DNA from: a virus
Taxonomy: Duplodnaviria > Caudoviricetes
Strand: one strand, 5' to 3'
Virus record (IMG/VR): IMGVR_UViG_3300012971_000079
Coordinates: 1 to 24,046 of that record
Length of the DNA stretch: 24,046 nucleotides
The notes under the pieces are model-generated. The model did not search any database. It was not told the DNA's origin and saw only the letters and a list, made by a program, of their open reading frames with translations. Below are positions 16,985 through 23,446 of the stretch, piece after piece; the first letter of the stretch is position 1, and every line of letters starts with the position of its first letter. The position numbers and the translations under genes were made by a program.

Positions 16985-17260
16985 ATGGGATTTCTGCTTC
17001 CTCGGTCCATTCCCTTTTTACCGGAAATTTCACACAACATATGGCGTAAGTTTGTTCACAAGGTGAAGGTTATAAGCCGAGAAAATAGACGGCCACAAGT
17101 CGACCGGATAGATAGATGGATTTACGTCATACAAATGCGCAAGACCGGAAATTCTTTCAGGGAAATAGGGAAAGCGTTGGGTGTAACAAGACAGTATGCT
17201 TGCTCACTTTACAAAGAAGCCGTAAGAGCGGGGCAACGTTGGATTGAAAAACATCCATGA
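16985..17260 (+). CDS. Sigma70-region-4-like HTH protein
   Basis: MRKTGNSFREIGKALGVTRQYACSLY; SD GGAGG. Confidence 0.7.
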   Translation: MGFLLPRSIPFLPEISHNIWRKFVHKVKVISRENRRPQVDRIDRWIYVIQMRKTGNSFREIGKALGVTRQYACSLYKEAVRAGQRWIEKHP

Positions 17261-17445
17261 GCGTACCCGACGACATCGTAAAGAAGGAATCAGATAACAA
17301 TCAGGACTGGACTCCCGGCGACGTTATCTCCGCATACGAAGACGGTTTTATCGTGCTCGATGACGGGACGATAGTCTATAACCCGATAAGGGCTAGGGAA
17401 TTCTTAAAAACGACAAATGAGTCTACCCGACGACATCGTAAAGAA
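17257..17445 (+). repeat. 29-bp direct repeat (17257-17285 and 17417-17445)
   Basis: ATGAGCGTACCCGACGACATCGTAAAGAA vs ATGAGTCTACCCGACGACATCGTAAAGAA, 27/29 identical. Confidence 0.95.
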
Positions 17446-17451
17446 CTTTGA
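17257..17451 (+). CDS. Hypothetical protein whose first 9 codons copy the portal start
   Basis: MSVPDDIVK vs portal MSLPDDIVK; ATGA-coupled to the upstream gene. Confidence 0.6.
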   Translation: MSVPDDIVKKESDNNQDWTPGDVISAYEDGFIVLDDGTIVYNPIRAREFLKTTNESTRRHRKEL

Positions 17452-19105
17452 AACGCTTCGGATGAAGCGAATTCTGTTCGATCACCTAGCGCAGGAAATC
17501 ATTGACTATGTGGCTCCTCATTTTGATGATGTTGTTTTTACTCGTGTGCCCGGCTGGAAAAAGACCCAACACATATTTGATTCAACTGCTTCTTATGGGT
17601 GGTTTGTTTTAAGCCAGTTCATTCAAGGATCAGTCCTAAACCAAGCAACTAAATGGTTTGGGCTCAAATCCAAAAATCCCGATCTTAATCAAAATCAGAA
17701 CGTAGCGACCTGGTACGCGGACGCGACCAACCGGGCGTTAGGCGTCATGCGCTCATCGGCCTTTTACGGTTGCGCAGGCCAGTCGATCAATAGCTGGATT
17801 GGTTTTGGCAACGGGCCTGTATTAATCGAAGACGTGCCGCAGGTGCGCGAGGGGCTTGCGCGCATTCGCTACACGTCGATCCCGTTCGGCAAGTACGTTA
17901 TGGCCGAGGGGGTAGACGGAAAGATCGACTGCGTTATCCGGACCGTCAAGATGACCGCAATCAATGCCAAACGAATGTTCGATAAAGAGAAGGGGGAATC
18001 CACCGGTAACCTAGGGGTGTCGGACCGAATCGAGCGAGCGGCAGAGAAGGAGCCCTTTTTAGAGTTTGAGTTTTTGCATTCTATACATCCGAGGGACGTT
18101 TATAATGCCAATCAAAAAACCAAAGGAAAGACAGCCAGAGACATGCCAGTCGCCTCATGCTGGGTTGAAAAGGAAAAGAAGCGACTGGTTAGAGAGTCTG
18201 GATATAGACGATTTCCCGTTGCTGTCGCTCGCTATGATTTACTCAGTGGAGAAGTTTTTGGTAGAGGACCAGCCCATCTCGCACTCCCTGATGCTAGATC
18301 ACTCAACCGTGCCGACGAGATGGAATTAGTGCAGTGGGAAAGAGAGATTGACCGGCCCTTAAAGATCAGACGAAATACTGTCATTGGCGGGATAGTGGAC
18401 GCCCGGCCCGCGGGCCGAACAACCGTCACCGACATAAACGGCATCGGCGATTTATTCGATCACAAAACCAACTGGCAAGCCGACGACTTGATGCGAAAGA
18501 GAAAAGAGCAAGCGATACTAAGGGTCTTTCATGTTAATGAAATCCTTAACTTGCTTGCGCGCGAAAAGCCGGAGATGACGGCGTTTGAAGTGAATGCCCG
18601 GCTTAACTTACTCCAGCAGATTTTAGGGCCGGTATTCGGCCGGCTGGAATCGGATTTCCTCTCCGTCATTGTCGAAGTGACTTTAGAGAACATGGCTTAT
18701 GCGGGGCTCCTGTTAGATCCGCCCGATGAGTTAAAGGTGACGGGCGAGGGCTATGACATCGTATATGAGGGGCCACTAGCCCGCGCGCAGCGAAACACCG
18801 AAATAACGGCCATTCAGCAGTCTATTGCGGATGTATCCGGCATTGCGCAGTTTGACCAGGAAGCGGTCCAAATGGTGGACTTTAAGAAAGCGACGCGAAA
18901 GCTCTTTGAGATCCGCGGCACTCAAGATTTGGTGCTTAGCGAGCGAGAGTTCGAGAAGAAGCTCGAAGTCTTGCAGCAGCAGCAGCAAGCGCAGCAGATG
19001 ATGGCAGCGGGCGCGCAGACTGCGGAATCTTTAGGCAAGGTGGCGCCGTTTGTGAAACTGGCAAGAGAACAGACCGGGGCGACACCGCCGGCGGCGGCAG
19101 CATGA
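17417..19105 (+). CDS. Portal / head-to-tail connector (T7 gp8 / BPP-1 Bbp21-like)
   Basis: IFDSTA, KWFGL, FPVAVARY...GEVFGRGPAHLALPDARSLN, EMTAFEV..R....Q.LGPVFGRLESDFL, YEGPLARAQ; 562 aa. Confidence 0.93.
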   Translation: MSLPDDIVKNFETLRMKRILFDHLAQEIIDYVAPHFDDVVFTRVPGWKKTQHIFDSTASYGWFVLSQFIQGSVLNQATKWFGLKSKNPDLNQNQNVATWYADATNRALGVMRSSAFYGCAGQSINSWIGFGNGPVLIEDVPQVREGLARIRYTSIPFGKYVMAEGVDGKIDCVIRTVKMTAINAKRMFDKEKGESTGNLGVSDRIERAAEKEPFLEFEFLHSIHPRDVYNANQKTKGKTARDMPVASCWVEKEKKRLVRESGYRRFPVAVARYDLLSGEVFGRGPAHLALPDARSLNRADEMELVQWEREIDRPLKIRRNTVIGGIVDARPAGRTTVTDINGIGDLFDHKTNWQADDLMRKRKEQAILRVFHVNEILNLLAREKPEMTAFEVNARLNLLQQILGPVFGRLESDFLSVIVEVTLENMAYAGLLLDPPDELKVTGEGYDIVYEGPLARAQRNTEITAIQQSIADVSGIAQFDQEAVQMVDFKKATRKLFEIRGTQDLVLSEREFEKKLEVLQQQQQAQQMMAAGAQTAESLGKVAPFVKLAREQTGATPPAAAA

Positions 19106-19302
19106 GAAAAGCTAGAAATTGGCAGTGGACATGTTTTGCATGTTTGGAGTTTGGGGGAGGACTCACGCAAACCCATTGTCAGTTTTGTGGTGTAGAAAGA
19201 TGGCTTGCCCGTCTTATGGATAAAAGCATTATCGACGGGCATACTTCTTGGCGGACTAAGAAAAGGCGCGAGATTGCACTGAGAATCCATTACGGAGCAT
19301 GA
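19102..19302 (+). CDS. Small Zn-finger protein
   Basis: WTCFAC...HCQFCG; ATGA-coupled to the portal. Confidence 0.6.
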   Translation: MRKARNWQWTCFACLEFGGGLTQTHCQFCGVERWLARLMDKSIIDGHTSWRTKKRREIALRIHYGA

Positions 19303-19496
19303 ATAAAGTCCTTCACTGCACATGCAAGAAAGACTTTTCCCGCAAGCGCTATCAGCGGCGAAAAGAATACCGGGCGGATTTGATTTGGCATTTTTGGTGG
19401 ACGCATGACATTGACGCGACGCGCGCGCCGGCGCATGTTGACGAGCTCGGGCTTGATACCATAACACGCAGGCGGAAAACGGAGGCGAGAGTCTAG
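19299..19496 (+). CDS. Hypothetical basic protein
   Basis: ATGA-coupled; tiles the operon. Confidence 0.5.
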   Translation: MNKVLHCTCKKDFSRKRYQRRKEYRADLIWHFWWTHDIDATRAPAHVDELGLDTITRRRKTEARV

Positions 19497-19497
19497 T

Positions 19498-19692
19498 ATG
19501 GTAATCATCCAATTCATTCTCATTTGCGTGGTTATCGGCTTGGTCGTTTGGCTAGTGAACACCTATTTGCCGCTGCCGGTGCAGATCAAGCAACTGATTG
19601 TGATTGCCGCCGTGGTTTTACTTGTGTTGGTCTTGCTTGGTGCAATGGGATTGTTCACTTATGATATTCAAATTCCGAGATTTGGCAGATGA
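19498..19692 (+). CDS. Two-TM small membrane protein (Thivi_2564-like)
   Basis: ILICVVIGLVVWLVNTYLPLPVQIKQLIVIAAVVLLVLVLL; SD GGAGG. Confidence 0.75.
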   Translation: MVIIQFILICVVIGLVVWLVNTYLPLPVQIKQLIVIAAVVLLVLVLLGAMGLFTYDIQIPRFGR

Positions 19693-19958
19693 GAAATGGC
19701 CGAAAGAAGATCCGCCGTATCATCTATCGCCAACACTCAGACGAGCAGATACGAGCGGCGATCAAGGCAGCCTGCCCGGAAGGATCTATATTTGCTGATT
19801 ACCTTCAGACGGTTTGTCTCGAGCTGGTTGAAGCGCCAACTGAGTTTGAAAGGGGAGTGGCGGAAGGAAAGCGCCGGCTGGCCGGGGAGATTTTAACTAT
19901 CGCGATCACGCCGGACACCGACATAACGGTAGAAAGGAGTTTAGATCATGCCCCTTGA
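19689..19958 (+). CDS. Bbp19-like protein (between portal and scaffold)
   Basis: FERGVAEGKRRLAGEIL motif, size and position. Confidence 0.6.
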   Translation: MRNGRKKIRRIIYRQHSDEQIRAAIKAACPEGSIFADYLQTVCLELVEAPTEFERGVAEGKRRLAGEILTIAITPDTDITVERSLDHAP

Positions 19959-20787
19959 ACTACCAGCGGAGATTTCCCAGGGAATCCCCGCCGACGTTTT
20001 GTCAAACAACGCCGTTCAACGTTACAACGATATCGGCTCTTTGATGAAGGGCCACATTGAGGCGGAGAACTATATTCGGAGCGGCAAGGCGGTTGCGCTC
20101 CCGGCCGAGGACGCCAAGCCCGAAGATTTGGAGAAGTGGAAATCTGAAAACCTTTCCAAGTTTTCCAAAGTCATAGACCTACCGCCGTCAAAGGCCGAGG
20201 AGTACGAATTCAAGTTTGAAGGCGTATCTAGCGACGTTCTAAAAAACGATCAGCTTTTAAGCTCTTTTCGCGACACCGCGCACAAGTACGGCCTATCCAA
20301 AGCGCAGGCCGCAGGGATAGCGCAGGCATTTGCAACCGAGATCGCTCCTCGGCTTGCACCCCAAGGGCCGCAAGTTGAGTTTATCGAGGGACAAGAACCT
20401 GTTGACAGCTTGATGAAAGAAGTTTTCAAAGGCGAAGCGCCTAAACGACTCGACGAGTATAAGCGCGGCGTTGAAATTTTATCTCAGACCAACCCTAGAC
20501 TAAAGGATCTTTTAAACGATGGCATTGCACCATGGGAAGGAAAGTTCACAGCGTTAGGAGATAACCCGACTATAGTCCAACTCATTACCGACGTTGGCCG
20601 GCTTACGGGTCAGGACTTTGGCGGACACGTAGCACCAAACGATAGGGCAGTGCTTGACGCCCAGGAAGAAATCAACCAGATTATGCACAACAAAGAGCAC
20701 CCGTGGCACGAGCGTTGGAGAAAAGGGGATAGGACCGCGCGCGAGCACATGAACGAACTTTATAAGTCGGTAACCGGAGGAAGATAA
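19948..20787 (+). CDS. Capsid assembly scaffolding protein
   Basis: SLMKGHIEAE, LP.EDA.PE, PPSKAEEYEF, FRDTAHKYGLSKAQA, LGDNPTIVQL and C-terminal EINQIM..HPW; lies between portal and MCP. Confidence 0.78.
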   Translation: MPLELPAEISQGIPADVLSNNAVQRYNDIGSLMKGHIEAENYIRSGKAVALPAEDAKPEDLEKWKSENLSKFSKVIDLPPSKAEEYEFKFEGVSSDVLKNDQLLSSFRDTAHKYGLSKAQAAGIAQAFATEIAPRLAPQGPQVEFIEGQEPVDSLMKEVFKGEAPKRLDEYKRGVEILSQTNPRLKDLLNDGIAPWEGKFTALGDNPTIVQLITDVGRLTGQDFGGHVAPNDRAVLDAQEEINQIMHNKEHPWHERWRKGDRTAREHMNELYKSVTGGR

Positions 20788-21156
20788 TGCCGGCGACTTT
20801 GCTAAAACAAGGGCTAACGTTTCAACAATGGAAAGCTCAATATGCGCCACACGATTCAGGGAAGGACTATGACTTACGCGGTGCGTATGAAGCCGGCATT
20901 GTGCCGGGGCCAGATCAACATTTTCCTGACACGTTTAAGCTCCCCGGACATCCGACCTTTTCCATTGAGTCTAAATATTGGAAGCCCGGCATGCCAGCGG
21001 GACGGTGGGAGGGCGAAAAATATATCCCGATGGATGCAAAGACAGCAGCCGAATGGGTGAAGACCCATCCGCAAAAATAGGAGATAAAATGCCTTTAGCA
21101 GGACCGCGCGCGAGCACATGAACGAACTTTATAAGTCGGTAACCGGAGGAAGATAA
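20731..21156 (+). repeat. Perfect 57-bp direct repeat (20731-20787 and 21100-21156) of the scaffold gene 3' end
   Basis: AGGACCGCGCGCGAGCACATGAACGAACTTTATAAGTCGGTAACCGGAGGAAGATAA occurs twice. Confidence 0.97.
20787..21080 (+). CDS. Hypothetical phage protein (cargo X)
   Basis: TAATG-coupled; DYDLRG...HFPDTFKLPGHPTFSIESKY...GRW motif. Confidence 0.7.
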   Translation: MPATLLKQGLTFQQWKAQYAPHDSGKDYDLRGAYEAGIVPGPDQHFPDTFKLPGHPTFSIESKYWKPGMPAGRWEGEKYIPMDAKTAAEWVKTHPQK

Positions 21157-21372
21157 AATATGCATTATGACTATCGGGGAGACGAGGAGCATTGCATTTT
21201 CGATAATCCTAGGGATCTTGATGCGGTCGAGATTCTACACGCGGAACAGTGGAAACCTGGAATAATGCAGTTATATGTTCGTCACCCGAAACTTAACCCC
21301 TGCCAGTTTACTATCGCCTATTGTGCGACAGGACTTTTCGAGAACAGGGAGGCAAAATGCCATTAGCAGGAC
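21086..21372 (+). repeat. 19-bp direct repeat (21086-21104 and 21354-21372) of the start of gene 21357
   Basis: AAAATGCCTTTAGCAGGAC vs AAAATGCCATTAGCAGGAC, 18/19 identical; both are preceded by a GGAG SD. Confidence 0.9.
21160..21366 (+). CDS. Hypothetical protein (cargo Y)
   Basis: Uses the GGAGG SD supplied by the second 57-bp repeat. Confidence 0.55.
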   Translation: MHYDYRGDEEHCIFDNPRDLDAVEILHAEQWKPGIMQLYVRHPKLNPCQFTIAYCATGLFENREAKCH

Positions 21373-21527
21373 AGGCACAAAAGAGAGTGTCGGCAGCTAT
21401 GCGCGAAGTTCATTCGAACATTCCCTCGACCGTGCCGGCATGGGTGCGCAAGAATCCGAAGAAGCGCGAAGCGATGTTAAGGGCGATTGCCTTTTCCAAA
21501 GCGCGAAAAGCAGGAGCGAAAGTCTAA
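21357..21527 (+). CDS. Small basic protein (DUF6496-like)
   Basis: SD GGGAGG, MPLAGQAQKRVSAAMREVH...AIAFSKARKAGAKV. Confidence 0.7.
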   Translation: MPLAGQAQKRVSAAMREVHSNIPSTVPAWVRKNPKKREAMLRAIAFSKARKAGAKV

Positions 21528-21718
21528 TGCCTAAATTTCTAAACGTTGACACGTTTGACCCCGATATTGTAAAAGCGGTTCGTAGAATGACCGACAACGG
21601 CGCTTCGGTCGATGAGATTCAACGGGTGGTCGGGATGCCGCGTGAAGTGGTCGAGCGCCACAAGCGGGATTATGAAAACCAAAAGAAACGAGATCACGGT
21701 ATCAAGCCTGACGATTAA
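21527..21718 (+). CDS. Small HTH protein
   Basis: TAATG-coupled; VRRMTDNGASVDEIQRVVGMPREVVERH. The real start is probably 21527, not 21275. Confidence 0.65.
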   Translation: MPKFLNVDTFDPDIVKAVRRMTDNGASVDEIQRVVGMPREVVERHKRDYENQKKRDHGIKPDD

Positions 21719-22053
21719 AAGGGGGTGATAAATGAGCGGAGCCTTTAATTAGCAAAGTTCCCGACGTTGCAGGAGTAAAGAAACTTTGCGCAGACCCTAA
21801 ACCATCTAGACGATTTTATCCCACCTCATCCTTCCATAGGGCTGTCGTTTTAGGGTTTGTGGAAAGTTTAGACTTTCCAATTTCGGCCACCCTTCCTTTT
21901 AAAGGAAGTCCCGAATGAGGCCGACCTAAACAGTCGGCGTTTAGCGGCACGTTAGCCGTTAGATGAGCCCCGGCTTATGCCGGCTACCCTCTTCGAGGCG
22001 GTTTGGGAGACCCGCCAAAATGCTCCCAAATTTGAAGGGAAGGAGTGTTTCAA
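21719..22053 (+). promoter_or_regulatory. Long structured non-coding leader of the major capsid gene (candidate cis-regulatory RNA)
   Basis: Consecutive stems 21752-59/21782-89, 21790-801/21849-60, 21860-67/21872-79, 21882-21915, 21920-25/21933-38, 21941-48/21955-62 and 21965-21991, then a pseudoknot at 21997-22030. Confidence 0.65.
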
Positions 22054-22986
22054 GTGGCCGAAACAATCACCGAGTGGCAAAAACGCCAATTCAATTCCAA
22101 CGTTAAGTTTGTTTATCAGCAGATGGAATCAATGGTTACTAAGTACATTGATTCCGAGATGTATCACGGGAACGTGCAGGGGAACTTGGACGATTTCGAT
22201 GTTGCCGGCGCGTCGCTAACTAGAGATAAGGTTGACCGCTATGAGGAAACCCAATGGGGCGAGCTGGAGAAATCCCGGAGATGGTGTAGACCGATCCGGG
22301 CTTACCTCGCGCTGCCCTTGGACCGCTACGATAAAGTCAGATCCGCAATCGAGGACATCAATTCGATTCACACCCGGGCTATCGTTTACGCGCTACGGCG
22401 AAACGAGGATAAGCGGGCAATCGACGCGATGAACGGGCTGGCGCTCGGAGGAGAGCAGGCGACGGTATCAACCGCGCTTCCGTCCTCGCAGCAGATCGCT
22501 TTAGGGTCTTCACCGTCGGACGTTTTGAACTTAACCAAGATCAAGGCGGTATCGGCAAACTTCGATCAGAACGCTGTCCCAATCGGCAAGCGCCATTGGT
22601 TGTATTCACCGGGCCAAAAGTCGGCAATCCTCGCAATTACCCAGGCGGCAAGCTCGGACTTTACCGCGCATAAGATTTATGACCGGGGCGACATCGACTC
22701 TTTAGACTGGATGGGTTTTGTCTGGCATCACATCTTTGACGTGAAGAACCAGGGTGCGGCGGGCATCACGACGATTCAGCGCATGTTGCAACTAACTGGC
22801 ACAACGCGAACCAACTTGGCGTTTGCTTCCGACGCCGTGGGAGTCAGCAAGTGCGAAGACATCAAGACCGAACTCGATTATCTGCCGACCAAGACTTATA
22901 CCTGGCAGGCATTCGGCGAGATCGACGTAAACGCAGTCAGGGTTTTGGACGGCGGTGTAATGTCGATCCTTTGTAAGGAGGAGTAA
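22054..22986 (+). CDS. Major capsid protein (BPP-1 Bbp17-like, HK97 fold)
   Basis: GTG22054 with SD AGGAG 8 nt upstream. Q.FNSNV..VYQQMES, SRRWC, D..DKVR, YALRRNEDKRAIDA, LNLTKI, ASSDF, WMGFVW and AVRVLDGGV. Confidence 0.9.
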   Translation: MAETITEWQKRQFNSNVKFVYQQMESMVTKYIDSEMYHGNVQGNLDDFDVAGASLTRDKVDRYEETQWGELEKSRRWCRPIRAYLALPLDRYDKVRSAIEDINSIHTRAIVYALRRNEDKRAIDAMNGLALGGEQATVSTALPSSQQIALGSSPSDVLNLTKIKAVSANFDQNAVPIGKRHWLYSPGQKSAILAITQAASSDFTAHKIYDRGDIDSLDWMGFVWHHIFDVKNQGAAGITTIQRMLQLTGTTRTNLAFASDAVGVSKCEDIKTELDYLPTKTYTWQAFGEIDVNAVRVLDGGVMSILCKEE

Positions 22987-22989
22987 ACA

Positions 22990-23427
22990 ATGGCGCTAAC
23001 ACTATCAAACGAAGCAACGGCCAGGGCAGTCCTTGGCGTATTGGCCGACAAGCGGCAGTTGACCGGGCTCATTGTGGCGCCACAGTTTAGCTTTACCGCC
23101 GATGCAGCAGCAGGCGCCGGGCCTATAGTCACGCTAATGACGGTTCCGGCAGGATTCAAACCGTTACTTGTGGGATTTTTTACTGATGGACTCTCGGCAT
23201 CGGCCGGTGTCGGGCTCAACTGCAGGATAGGCGATTCTGTAAATAATGCGCGACTCATGGCAGATGTTGACGCTGACCTAACGGCCAGCAGCATCAGCTT
23301 AGCAACCACGGCATTAAACTATGAGTTCACGGCCGACACGCCTATCATCTTGACAATGACGGCGGGGAAAACTCCCACGGCCGGCAAGCAATGCTTTGGC
23401 TGGATTCTCGGGCACGTTAGGGCGTGA
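22990..23427 (+). CDS. Probable capsid decoration/cement protein
   Basis: 145-aa beta-rich protein directly after the MCP, with a strong SD AAGGAGGAG. Confidence 0.55.
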   Translation: MALTLSNEATARAVLGVLADKRQLTGLIVAPQFSFTADAAAGAGPIVTLMTVPAGFKPLLVGFFTDGLSASAGVGLNCRIGDSVNNARLMADVDADLTASSISLATTALNYEFTADTPIILTMTAGKTPTAGKQCFGWILGHVRA

Positions 23428-23446
23428 CATCGTTCGCGGGCGGGCG

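Noticed and set aside
19498-19692. Holin call for the 2-TM protein
   Set aside because: No endolysin or spanin is visible nearby, so hydrophobicity alone does not support it.
9420-20787. Several genes ending in GG(R)* (GGAGGAAGATRA, GGAGGATAA)
   Set aside because: Explained by the next gene's Shine-Dalgarno sequence being embedded in the last codons.
21750-21880. tRNA, ribozyme or intron in the capsid leader
   Set aside because: I could not find a T-loop/anticodon cloverleaf, hammerhead or HDV core, or group I P7 motifs by eye; an Rfam search is needed to exclude them.
21977-22219. 80-aa ORF starting MPATL, like gene 20787
   Set aside because: Only 8 nt are shared, there is no SD, and it overlaps the structured leader and the MCP out of frame.
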